Assembly: GCA_030614005.1 (NCBI GenBank)
Contig: JAUWKS010000015.1
Span: 27,944-59,943, forward strand
Reading direction: 5' to 3'
Source of the DNA: Candidatus Heimdallarchaeota archaeon
GTDB taxonomy: Archaea > Asgardarchaeota > Heimdallarchaeia > JABLTI01
Length of the DNA: 32,000 bases
This document shows positions 17,035 to 26,025 of the stretch, piece after piece. The notes beneath the pieces are model-generated. The model was given only the letters and a program-made list of their open reading frames with translations. It did no database searches and had not been told where the DNA came from. Within the stretch, counting starts at the first letter, position 1. Each line of letters starts with the position of its first letter. Position numbers and translations under genes: made by a program.

Positions 17035-18606
17035 ATGACCAAACAAAATGAAAACACAAACGGAACGCTTGAAGACTATATACCTGAAGAACAAATACAA
17101 CGAAAGAAAGTAACTCAACAACACTTAGAAAGTCATTTATGGGAATCAGCAAATATACTAAGAGGTAGCATTGACTCATCAGATTATAAGAATTACATTT
17201 TCGGTCTATTATTCTTGAAAAGAATAAATGATGTTTTTAATGAAGAAGCAATCAAAGAAGAAAAAGAATTACTGAAAGGAGATTATACAGAAGCGGATGC
17301 AAAAAAACTGGCTTGGGAGGATGAGGATTTTCATCAATTCTTTGTTCCTAAAAGAGCTAGATGGTCAGAAATAAGAAAGATTACTCAAGACATTGGGGAT
17401 AAACTAAACAAAGCATTTGAAGAATTGGAAAATAAGAATTCTGTTTTACAAGGAGTGTTGTCAAGTGTTGATTTCAATGATAAAGAACGATTACCCGATG
17501 AAATTCTCTCTAAATTATTACTGCATTTCACAAAAATAAGGTTACGAAACAGTGATCTTACAGAGCCTGATATTATGGGTAGAGCATATGAATACCTGAT
17601 AAAGCAGTTTGCTGATGATGCAGGAAAGAAAGGAGGAGAATTTTATACTCCAAGAGGAGTTGTCAAGTTAATTGTTCAGCTAATTCAACCAGAAGAAAGC
17701 ATGAGAATTTGTGATCCAACTGTAGGTTCTGGAGGCATGCTTATTGAATGTGCAAAATATGTTGAGGAACAAGGAGGAAACCTTTGGGATCTATCTCTTT
17801 ATGGTCAAGAAAAGAATCTCAATACTTGGGCAATTTGTAAGATGAATATGCTCTTTCATGATTTACTAGATGCAGATATTAAAAAGGGAGATACGATACG
17901 AGAACCAAAATTACTAGAAGGAGGAGAGTTAATGCTATTTGATAGAGTGATAGCTAATCCACCTTTCAGTTTGAAGAATTGGGGACGAGAAACAGCTGAA
18001 AATGATGGTTTTCAGAGGTTTAGATTTGGTGTCCCTCCAAAAAGCTATGGTGAAATGGCTTTTCTACAGCATATGATAGCAACCATTAATGTTAATGGAA
18101 AAATAGGAGTAGTAATGCCCCACGGAGTGCTTTTTAGAGGTGGAGCTGAAAAGAGAATACGTGAGGGGATATTACAGGAGGATTTACTCGAAGCAGTTAT
18201 TGGTTTAGCTCCTAAACTTTTCTATGGAACTAGAATACCTGCCAGTATTTTAATAATAAATAAGAACAAACCTGCTGAACGAAAGAATAAAATATTCTTT
18301 ATCGACGCTTCAAAAGATTATGAAGAAGGGAAAGCACAAAACGCTCTTAGAGAGAAGGATATTGAGAAAATCGTTAATGCATACTCAAAAGGGAAGGACA
18401 TTGAAAAATTCTGTAAATCTGTTGATCTTGAGGAAATCAAAGAAAATGACTTCAATTTGAACATTTCACTATATGTCTTTAATTTTGAGGAGGAGGAAGA
18501 AATTGATATCCAACAAGTGCTTGATGAATTGAAGGTTCATGAAAAAGAACGTGAAGAGCTAAATCAGAAGGTTCAAGGTTATTTGGAGGAATTGGGATTT
18601 GAGTAG
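17035..18606 (+). CDS. hsdM: Type I restriction-modification methyltransferase subunit
   Basis: GGEFYTPR, DPTVGSGG (motif I), ANPPF (motif IV, m6A); GGTGAGAGG ribosome-binding site before ATG 17035. Confidence 0.97.
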   Translation: MTKQNENTNGTLEDYIPEEQIQRKKVTQQHLESHLWESANILRGSIDSSDYKNYIFGLLFLKRINDVFNEEAIKEEKELLKGDYTEADAKKLAWEDEDFHQFFVPKRARWSEIRKITQDIGDKLNKAFEELENKNSVLQGVLSSVDFNDKERLPDEILSKLLLHFTKIRLRNSDLTEPDIMGRAYEYLIKQFADDAGKKGGEFYTPRGVVKLIVQLIQPEESMRICDPTVGSGGMLIECAKYVEEQGGNLWDLSLYGQEKNLNTWAICKMNMLFHDLLDADIKKGDTIREPKLLEGGELMLFDRVIANPPFSLKNWGRETAENDGFQRFRFGVPPKSYGEMAFLQHMIATINVNGKIGVVMPHGVLFRGGAEKRIREGILQEDLLEAVIGLAPKLFYGTRIPASILIINKNKPAERKNKIFFIDASKDYEEGKAQNALREKDIEKIVNAYSKGKDIEKFCKSVDLEEIKENDFNLNISLYVFNFEEEEEIDIQQVLDELKVHEKEREELNQKVQGYLEELGFE

Positions 18607-19888
18607 ATTATTAATGAATAATATTGATTATCCTAATAGTTGGAAAAAAACTAAATTAACTAAAATTTTCAGGGTAATAAAAGGTCAAAGCTATAAAAGT
18701 GAATTTTACTGTAATGAAGAGAAAGGTAGAATTTTTATTAATTTAAAATGTATTCAGAAATTTGGTGGTTTTAATTTTGATGGTATAAAATTTTATTGTG
18801 GTAAAGTCGATGAAGAGAAATTAGTAAAACCTGGCGAGCTAATTATTGCTAATACTGATCTAACAAGAAAAGCTGATGTTGTAGGTTATCCAATTTATGT
18901 ACCTGATTTTTATTCTAACAAAGAAATCGCTACTTCAATGGATGTCTCAATTTTGAGACCAAAAAATAATTATATCTTACAAAAATTCTTTTATTATTTA
19001 TTAGGTTCGAAAAAAATTCATAATATAATTTCTTCGATTTCAGAAGGATCAACTGTCTTGCATTTGAATATTGATTTATTGAAGAAATTAGTTATACCTG
19101 TTCCTCCTATAATTGAACAAAAGAAGATTTCTGAAATATTGCAGTCCATTGATAATGATATTCAGAAAATTCAAGAAATAATTTCCAAAACTAAACTTCT
19201 TAAACAAGGTCTCCTCCAACAATTATTAACCAAAGGCATCGGTCACACGGAGTTCAAGGAGACGCCCCTCGGGAGGACACCAAAAGAATGGAAAATTGTA
19301 GAATTAAAAGATATATGTCATCAGATTACTGATGGAAAACATGGAGATTGTAGAAATCAGAATAATTCCGGTTATTATTTTATTAGCGTAAAGGATATGA
19401 TCGATAGTAAATTAGATTATTCTAAAGCAAGACAAATAGTAGAGGATGATTTTATTGAGACACATAGAAGAACACAATTAGAATGCGGTGATATACTAAT
19501 CGCTAGCACAGGTGCTACTATTGGAAAAATAGCAATAGCTGAAGATAAAATAAGAACTTCAAGAACAACATTTCAAAAAAGTGTAGCTATTATTAAACCT
19601 AATAAGGAGATAGTCGATTCAAAATACTTGGCATATTTTCTAGAACTCTCGAACAGGAGAATAAAAAAATCTTCATATGGAGGTGCACAAAAAAATCTTC
19701 TTCTTCGAGATTTAAGGAAATTTAAAGTGATCCTCCCAAAATTAAGTTTTCAAAAAGAGATAGTTCATTTGTTTTCACTAATTGATGAAAAATTAACAAT
19801 TGAGAAAAAAATTTTAATTAGATTACAGCTTTTAATGAAAGGTCTTATGCAACAACTTCTAACAGGAAAAATACGAGTAAAAATATAG
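18599..19888 (+). CDS. hsdS: Type I R-M specificity subunit
   Basis: Two TRDs with conserved repeats (VPPIIEQKKI...KQGLLQQLLTKG; KGLMQQLLTGKIRV); overlaps the hsdM stop. Confidence 0.95.
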   Translation: MSRLLMNNIDYPNSWKKTKLTKIFRVIKGQSYKSEFYCNEEKGRIFINLKCIQKFGGFNFDGIKFYCGKVDEEKLVKPGELIIANTDLTRKADVVGYPIYVPDFYSNKEIATSMDVSILRPKNNYILQKFFYYLLGSKKIHNIISSISEGSTVLHLNIDLLKKLVIPVPPIIEQKKISEILQSIDNDIQKIQEIISKTKLLKQGLLQQLLTKGIGHTEFKETPLGRTPKEWKIVELKDICHQITDGKHGDCRNQNNSGYYFISVKDMIDSKLDYSKARQIVEDDFIETHRRTQLECGDILIASTGATIGKIAIAEDKIRTSRTTFQKSVAIIKPNKEIVDSKYLAYFLELSNRRIKKSSYGGAQKNLLLRDLRKFKVILPKLSFQKEIVHLFSLIDEKLTIEKKILIRLQLLMKGLMQQLLTGKIRVKI

Positions 19889-19900
19889 AAGAGGAAAGAA

Positions 19901-22879
19901 ATGAAAAAGGAAAATTGGAATGAATATAATTTAACGGAAAAGCCATTCATAGAATTACTACAGACGATGGAGTATGAATACGTTAATGGAAGAGAAATCT
20001 CTCCAGATAGCAAAAATCCTGAAAGAAAAAATTATCGTGAAGTAATTTTAATTAATCGCTTAACTGCAGCTTTGAAACGTTTTAATCCTGTTATTAATGA
20101 TGCTAATATCAAGAAAATAATTTTTGATTTAACACACATTTCAGGTAACAGTCTTATTGAAATCAATGAAAAATTCCACACATATTTAATTAATTATCTT
20201 TCCATTGAGCAGGATGTTGGGCAAGGAAGAAAACATCAAACAGTAAAAATCATCGATTTTGAAAATCCTGAAAATAACGATTTCTTAGTAGTTAATCAAT
20301 TCAAAGTTGGTGGCACCAAAGAGAATATTATTCCAGATATTGTTGTTTTCATTAATGGTATCCCTTTAGCAGTTATTGAATGTAAAAGTCCTACTATTAT
20401 CAATCCTTTACATGATGCTATCAATCAATTACTTCGTTATCAAAATCTTCGTAGTCACTCAACTGTTGAAGGTGCTGAAATGTTATTCTATACTAGCCAA
20501 ATCATAGTTGCTACTTCAAATTATTCTGCTAAATACGCAACTACTGGTTCTAGAGCTCGTGATTATCGTGCTTGGAAAGATCCATACCCAAGAAAACTCT
20601 CAGATCTTGGTGATAAACCAACTGCTCAGGAAATTCTTATTGCAGGTATTTTTGATAAAAAGAACCTTTTAGATTTAATTCGAAATTTCATTGTTTTTGA
20701 ACGAAGTTATGGTCAAATAATTAAAAAGCTTGCAAGGTATCAACAATTCAGAGCAGTTAATAAAGCAATAGACCGGATTCTCAACACTAAAACTCTTAAA
20801 GAGCGTGGTGGAACCGTTTGGCATACTCAAGGTTCAGGTAAATCTCTTACTATGTTGTGGTTAGCAGTTAAATTAAGGCGCATTTCTGCTCTCAGAAATC
20901 CTACAATTGTAATACTCACTGATCGTATTGATTTAGATGACCAGATTTCATCTACTTTTCAAAAATGCAAGTTTCCTAATCCTGTTCAAGCATCTAGTAT
21001 TGATGATTTGCGACATCTATTGAGTGCTAGCCTAGGTCAAACCATCATGACCACTGTTCAGAAGTTCCTTTACAAAGAGGGGGAGAAAAAAGGTAAATTC
21101 CCCGTTCTTTCTCGGTCAGAAAATATCTTTGTTCTTGCCGATGAAGCTCATCGTACTCAATATAAACTACTCGCAACTAATATGAGAACTGCTATTCCTA
21201 ATGCTTGTTATCTAGGTTTTACTGGCACACCTTTAACTAAGCAAGAGAAAAGTACAGCGGGTAAATTTGGTTCTTATATTGATGTTTACGATATTCAGCA
21301 ATCTATCTCTGATGAAGCAACTGTTCCTATTTATTATGAAGGACGATTGCCTGATGTTTGGATTGTCAAAGGGGAAAGTTTAGATGAGATATTTGATCGT
21401 ATTTTCATAGATTTTTCAGGGAGAGAAAAGGAAGCTATTAAGAATCGTTATGCAACCATTAAATCTGTTGTTGAAGCTCCAGCCCGAATCGAAGAAATCT
21501 GTTTAGATATTATTAAACACTATGAACAATTCATTGCCCCTAATGGCTTCAAAGCTCAGATTGTCACTATGAGTCGCGAAGCAGCTGTTACTTATCAAGA
21601 AACTATTGAACGGTTGAATGGTCCTGAATCAGCTGTAATAATGTCTGGTTCTCCAAATGACCCTACGAAATTGAAGAATTATCATACTACAAAGGATCAA
21701 CAAAGACAGTTAATTAACCGTTTCCTAAAACACAGAAGTGATGATAAACTATCAATTCTAATTGTTTGTGATATGCTTCTCACAGGCTTTGATGCTCCAG
21801 TTGAGCAGGTTATGTATTTAGATAAACCCCTCAAAGAACACAATCTTCTGCAAGCTATTGCTCGAGTTAACCGCCCCTATAAACATAAAGATCATGGTCT
21901 AATTGTTGATTATTTTGGTGTTTCAAAACTGCTTGAACAAGCTTTAGCTATTTTTGACTCCGCAGATATTCAAGGCAGTCTAGATGATATTAAAAATGAA
22001 CTTCCTCGTTTAGAAGCAAGTCATCGAACTGCAATGAGTTTCTTTGAAGGAGTAAATAAAAAAGATCTTGAGGAATGTATTGCTATTCTTAAACCTGAGG
22101 ATAAAAGATTAAGGTTTGAAGGAGCTTTCAAGAAATTCTCTAAAAGTATGGAAATGCTTATGCCTGATCCTGTTGTTAATCCTTATCTTAGAGATCTCCT
22201 CCTTTTAGGCAAGATTAGGAATGCTGCTAGAAATCGTTATAGAGATGAGCAATTGAATCTTCAAGGTTGTAGTGCTAAAGTTAAGAAATTAATTGAAGAC
22301 CACATTAGAGCTTCAGGCGTAGATCCTATCAGCGAACCCATAGACATTTTTTCCAGCCAATTTCAAACTAGCGTTGACAAATTAGTTAATGATCGTGCTC
22401 GAGCCAGTGAAATAGAATATGCCTTAAAGAAAGCAATCAGTATAAAATTTGAAGAAAACCCAAGTTTTTATACTTCCCTTAGAAAAAGGTTAGAGGAAAT
22501 CATTGATTCCTACAAAGCAGAGCGACTAATCATTTCTGAGGTAGTGAAGCAGTTGAGGAAATTAGTTACTGAATCTCAAAATATCAAATCCACAGCTCAA
22601 TCTCTTGGCTTAGATGAAGATTCTTTTGCTATTTTTGGTTTATTAAATGATGAAATTACCGAGGACGTTGCAGATAATAGTTTTAAGGATTCAGCTCCTG
22701 AAATAGTTAAAATATTACAAGATTTGACAGTTATTGATTGGATAACCAAAGATGATATTCAACGAAGGATGCGTAAGAAACTTAAACTTCTTTTAATAAA
22801 GAAGAAATATCCGAAGGATAAAGTTGAACCAGTCATTTATCGGATACTTGATTTAGCTCGCGTTAGATTCCGACGATAA
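19901..22879 (+). CDS. hsdR: Type I R-M restriction subunit
   Basis: PD-(D/E)xK nuclease IPDIVVFINGIPLAVIECK, HTQGSGKS, DEAHR, FTGTP, MLLTGFDAP, QAIARVNR. Confidence 0.97.
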   Translation: MKKENWNEYNLTEKPFIELLQTMEYEYVNGREISPDSKNPERKNYREVILINRLTAALKRFNPVINDANIKKIIFDLTHISGNSLIEINEKFHTYLINYLSIEQDVGQGRKHQTVKIIDFENPENNDFLVVNQFKVGGTKENIIPDIVVFINGIPLAVIECKSPTIINPLHDAINQLLRYQNLRSHSTVEGAEMLFYTSQIIVATSNYSAKYATTGSRARDYRAWKDPYPRKLSDLGDKPTAQEILIAGIFDKKNLLDLIRNFIVFERSYGQIIKKLARYQQFRAVNKAIDRILNTKTLKERGGTVWHTQGSGKSLTMLWLAVKLRRISALRNPTIVILTDRIDLDDQISSTFQKCKFPNPVQASSIDDLRHLLSASLGQTIMTTVQKFLYKEGEKKGKFPVLSRSENIFVLADEAHRTQYKLLATNMRTAIPNACYLGFTGTPLTKQEKSTAGKFGSYIDVYDIQQSISDEATVPIYYEGRLPDVWIVKGESLDEIFDRIFIDFSGREKEAIKNRYATIKSVVEAPARIEEICLDIIKHYEQFIAPNGFKAQIVTMSREAAVTYQETIERLNGPESAVIMSGSPNDPTKLKNYHTTKDQQRQLINRFLKHRSDDKLSILIVCDMLLTGFDAPVEQVMYLDKPLKEHNLLQAIARVNRPYKHKDHGLIVDYFGVSKLLEQALAIFDSADIQGSLDDIKNELPRLEASHRTAMSFFEGVNKKDLEECIAILKPEDKRLRFEGAFKKFSKSMEMLMPDPVVNPYLRDLLLLGKIRNAARNRYRDEQLNLQGCSAKVKKLIEDHIRASGVDPISEPIDIFSSQFQTSVDKLVNDRARASEIEYALKKAISIKFEENPSFYTSLRKRLEEIIDSYKAERLIISEVVKQLRKLVTESQNIKSTAQSLGLDEDSFAIFGLLNDEITEDVADNSFKDSAPEIVKILQDLTVIDWITKDDIQRRMRKKLKLLLIKKKYPKDKVEPVIYRILDLARVRFRR

Positions 22880-22906
22880 TATAAATGACAATTATAATAC
22901 AATTAT

Positions 22907-23644
22907 GTGGTATTTATGACTCATGTGATGTTTGGTAAAACAAAAATTGATTATAAAACGGAAATAAGCAACAAACGCAAAACCGTTGGCGTTTCAGTTG
23001 ATTATAATAATGGAGTCATTGTTACTTTACCAAAGAATATATCACAAGAAGAAATCGATAGAGTTGTTCTCCAAAAAGCTCCCTGGATTTTAGACAAGTT
23101 ACATGAATTTGGTGAAGTTATTATCAAACCATCTGATAATGAATTTGTTAGTGGTGAGAAATACCTCTATCTAGGCAGAGGTTACAGATTAAAGGTTATT
23201 GAGAGCGAAGATGTCATTAAACCTAGTCTAGTTTTTTACAGGGGAAAATTCCTTGTTACCATTAACAATAATATTACTGAAGAGGAACAAACACAAATAG
23301 TCAGAGATCAAATTCTTAAATGGTACATAGAAAAAGCAGAACTATTCCTTAAAGAGAGGGTTAGCATTCTTTCTGAGAAAACCGGCATACAACCTCAAGG
23401 AATGAGGGTCAGAGAACAACAGAAAAGATGGGGTAGCTGTACCAAAGATAACATCTTGATTTTCAACAGGTTAATTATTATGGCTCCTGTATCTGTAATC
23501 GATTATATTATTATTCATGAACTCTGTCATCTAAAATATCCTAATCATTCAGAGAACTTTTGGAAAGAGGTAGCTGTTTTTTGCCCAGACTTTCAAAATA
23601 GAAGAGATTGGTTGAGAATAAGAGGACCAGAATTATCATTTTAG
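22907..23644 (+). CDS. M48/YgjP (DUF45)-family metal-dependent hydrolase, commonly found next to type I R-M
   Basis: QQKRWGSC and IDYIIIHELCHL (HExxH). Confidence 0.9.
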   Translation: MVFMTHVMFGKTKIDYKTEISNKRKTVGVSVDYNNGVIVTLPKNISQEEIDRVVLQKAPWILDKLHEFGEVIIKPSDNEFVSGEKYLYLGRGYRLKVIESEDVIKPSLVFYRGKFLVTINNNITEEEQTQIVRDQILKWYIEKAELFLKERVSILSEKTGIQPQGMRVREQQKRWGSCTKDNILIFNRLIIMAPVSVIDYIIIHELCHLKYPNHSENFWKEVAVFCPDFQNRRDWLRIRGPELSF

Positions 23645-23952
23645 ATAACAATAACATTTTTTATTTTATGATGAGTAAAATTGTTACTATCAGATATTTC
23701 TTTGATTGTTAATATACACAACTTAGTGTTGTACCTTCCAGTTTAACTTCGATAACACTTAGTGGGTTACCATCTATTAATAGTAAATAATCAGAAAACC
23801 CTGTACTTAGCGGAAACACCTGTAACCAAAAGGACAAAGGGAGGAAAAGGAAAAATTAGTATAATTGGATATAAAATTCACTCATAAAAAATCACAAATA
23901 ATCAAATCTCTTAAATAATATACAAGAGCTGTAAGTGTAAAGGGTTAGAAAA

Positions 23953-25740
23953 ATGGATGACTTATTAGAAAAGGAATTAAAAAAACCTTCTTTAATTAAA
24001 AATCCAAGAATCTTAGATTTAAAATATATACCAAAGAAACTTCTTCACAGAGAAGACGAACAAAAGATGTTAATCAAATATTTCAAACCAGTTATTGAAG
24101 ATCCTGGTAAGTATTCTCAAAATGTAACAATTATTGGTCCTGTAGGAACTGGAAAAACAGCTATTGCTCTTAAATTTGGGGAAATGATTAAAGTATATTC
24201 AGCTCGAAAGAATCTGAATTTGGAATATGTTCATGTAAATTGCCGTAGAGCTCGATCAGCTTTTCTTACTCTACTTGAGGTTGCGAGAAAATTTAATCCG
24301 AATATATCGGTCAAAAAATTTTTACCAGATGAAATTATTAACATGCTTGTTAACTTACTTAGTCAAAGGAATTCTTTTTTGATTATTACATTAGATGAAA
24401 TTGATTTTATTATTCGGAAGGAAGGTTCAGATTTTCTTTATGATATGACCAGACTTACTGATGATAAACTGGATGAGAAGGAACGGATATCTCTTATTAC
24501 AATAGCACGTGAAAGTGAATTTAGAAAATTATTGGACGATAGTACTCTTAGTACTTTAAGACAAAATATAATTTCATTAGTACCGTATAATGAAGATCAA
24601 TTAAGGGATATAATAAAAGATAGAGCAAATGAAGCTTTTTATGAAGATACAGTTTCAGCAGAAGCTATTGATTTAATTTCAGATATAACTTCGAGAAAAG
24701 GAGATACCAGATTTGCTATTGAATTGTTGGAACGTGCTGGTATGTATGCAGATCACAAACAGTCACTAAAAGTTTTACCTGAACATGTAAGACATGCAAA
24801 TGCCTTGATTCATCCCTCAATTGGACAGGAAATTGTTACAGATTTAACAATTCATCAACAAATCATTCTATTAGCTATCGCAAAACAACTTCTGTCAACT
24901 AATAATGCATATGTGACTTTGGTTGAGGTAAAAACTGTTGACAGAGAACTGTGTAAAGATTATATGCTACCAATAAGCGAACATGCACTAATATTGGAAA
25001 ATCTTCAACATTTAGAATATTGTAATTTGATTGCAATAAAATATAGTAAAAAAGAGAAGAAAAAGCAACAGACCTTGATTAGTTTGTTGGATGTTTCAGC
25101 TGAAATAATTAAGAAGACAATTAAAGAACAATTACAAAAAACTACAAATGTTGTAAATGCAATTAAGCTTAAAGATAAAGATACGACCGAAGATAAATTA
25201 GTAAAAGATGTAAAAAAACTTCTAAAAATCTCATTTGAAGGAAATTTCTTTGACGTTAAAAGAGCATATGATAAAATAACCAGAGCAGAAATGACCAAAG
25301 ATATAATCGCTTTAGTAAATTCATCAGAAGAAAATGACAATACCGCATATGCAATAATTGGTATTGTAGAAATAAATCAAAAATTCGTATCAGCAGTAAA
25401 TGTGGAGAAAATTGATGTCATAGAACAAAAGATTGTGGATTGTATAAAATACAACACTAATCGAAAAATAAACCTACAAATAAGAAAAATAAGAATCTAT
25501 GAGCTCTATCTGTGGCAACAAAATAACGAAATTACAGATGAGATAGTTTTTAAAGAAGAACAGAAAAAACCGGAAAGCAAAGAGCAAATATTAGTAATAC
25601 AATTAAAGAGAGAATCAAGAGTTGTATATGAGTTGGCAAAGAAAACAGGATCATATGAAAAAGGGAGATCGTGGAAAAGAATTGGGTCACATACAGATGA
25701 ATTAACGCAAGATGATAGAGAAAAGCTAATGAAATTATAA
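23953..25740 (+). CDS. cdc6: Cdc6/Orc1 AAA+ replication initiator with a C-terminal Schlafen/AlbA_2-like domain
   Basis: LLHREDE, Walker A GPVGTGKT, Walker B LDEID, GDTRFAIELL, wHTH; the extra ~180 aa contain EGNFFDVK, KDIIALVNS, AIIGI and WKRIGSHT. Confidence 0.85.
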   Translation: MDDLLEKELKKPSLIKNPRILDLKYIPKKLLHREDEQKMLIKYFKPVIEDPGKYSQNVTIIGPVGTGKTAIALKFGEMIKVYSARKNLNLEYVHVNCRRARSAFLTLLEVARKFNPNISVKKFLPDEIINMLVNLLSQRNSFLIITLDEIDFIIRKEGSDFLYDMTRLTDDKLDEKERISLITIARESEFRKLLDDSTLSTLRQNIISLVPYNEDQLRDIIKDRANEAFYEDTVSAEAIDLISDITSRKGDTRFAIELLERAGMYADHKQSLKVLPEHVRHANALIHPSIGQEIVTDLTIHQQIILLAIAKQLLSTNNAYVTLVEVKTVDRELCKDYMLPISEHALILENLQHLEYCNLIAIKYSKKEKKKQQTLISLLDVSAEIIKKTIKEQLQKTTNVVNAIKLKDKDTTEDKLVKDVKKLLKISFEGNFFDVKRAYDKITRAEMTKDIIALVNSSEENDNTAYAIIGIVEINQKFVSAVNVEKIDVIEQKIVDCIKYNTNRKINLQIRKIRIYELYLWQQNNEITDEIVFKEEQKKPESKEQILVIQLKRESRVVYELAKKTGSYEKGRSWKRIGSHTDELTQDDREKLMKL

Positions 25741-25819
25741 ATTAACAATATAGTAAAGGATTAATTCTGAAAGATTTGAAATCAGTAAGAAAAGGAAATC
25801 TCTTGAGCACAAGTAAGAT

Positions 25820-25867
25820 ATCTTGTTTTGTAGAAGTTCGCGCGTTCGAATCGCGCACTCCGCACCA
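25820..25867 (+). repeat. Orphan, decayed 3' half of a tRNA-Leu (att-like)
   Basis: ATCTTG-TTTTGTAGAAGTTC-GCGCG-TTCGAAT-CGCGC-ACTCCGC-ACCA is colinear without gaps with 7534-7581; no 5' half upstream. Confidence 0.85.
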
Positions 25868-25910
25868 GTTCTTGACGTCTATAATAAAACATTAATAATC
25901 TGTTGAAAAA

Positions 25911-25945
25911 TAGATTAATGTAATTAAAAACACTATTGATTTCAC
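25911..25945 (+). repeat. Left copy of a 35/36-bp direct repeat flanking the dcd operon
   Basis: TAGATTAATGTAATTAAAAACACTATTGATTTCAC vs 29523-29558: 32/36 aligned, last 18 bp identical. Confidence 0.8.
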
Positions 25946-26025
25946 CAGTAGAACCAACAAGTAGATTTTTAGAAAAAAATATTTTGAGAACCATGGGGTA
26001 TAAAATTAGATTCTGAATATTCCTT

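Larger units (their letters stand above)
7582..25867. mobile_element. Integrated element at the tRNA-Leu 3' half carrying a Cas1-like module, type I R-M and Cdc6-Schlafen
   Basis: Bounded by 47-nt imperfect direct repeats of the tRNA 3' half (7535-7581 vs 25821-25867, 37/47); all genes on the + strand; no conventional recombinase. Confidence 0.7.

Noticed and set aside
23953-25740. The host's main chromosomal cdc6/oriC locus
   Set aside because: It lies inside a tRNA-bounded island, has a non-standard C-terminal fusion, and lacks clear full-length ORBs; it cannot be excluded without the rest of the genome
7582-25819. Classical casposon
   Set aside because: No family B DNA polymerase and no terminal inverted repeats at the inner ends (ATCATATTATTTTC... 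vs ...GAGCACAAGTAAGAT)
16997-25819. 10-mer CAAGTAAGAT before hsdM (16997-17006) and just before the tRNA 3' half (25810-25819) as a sub-element boundary
   Set aside because: Too short and AT-rich to separate from chance without comparative genomes; a 9-nt version also occurs at 619-627
680-25867. Trans-spliced split tRNA built from the 680 and 25820 halves
   Set aside because: No extended complementary leader/trailer or convincing bulge-helix-bulge; pairing gives a G7-A66 mismatch and three G-U pairs; the 3' half shows AT-biased decay
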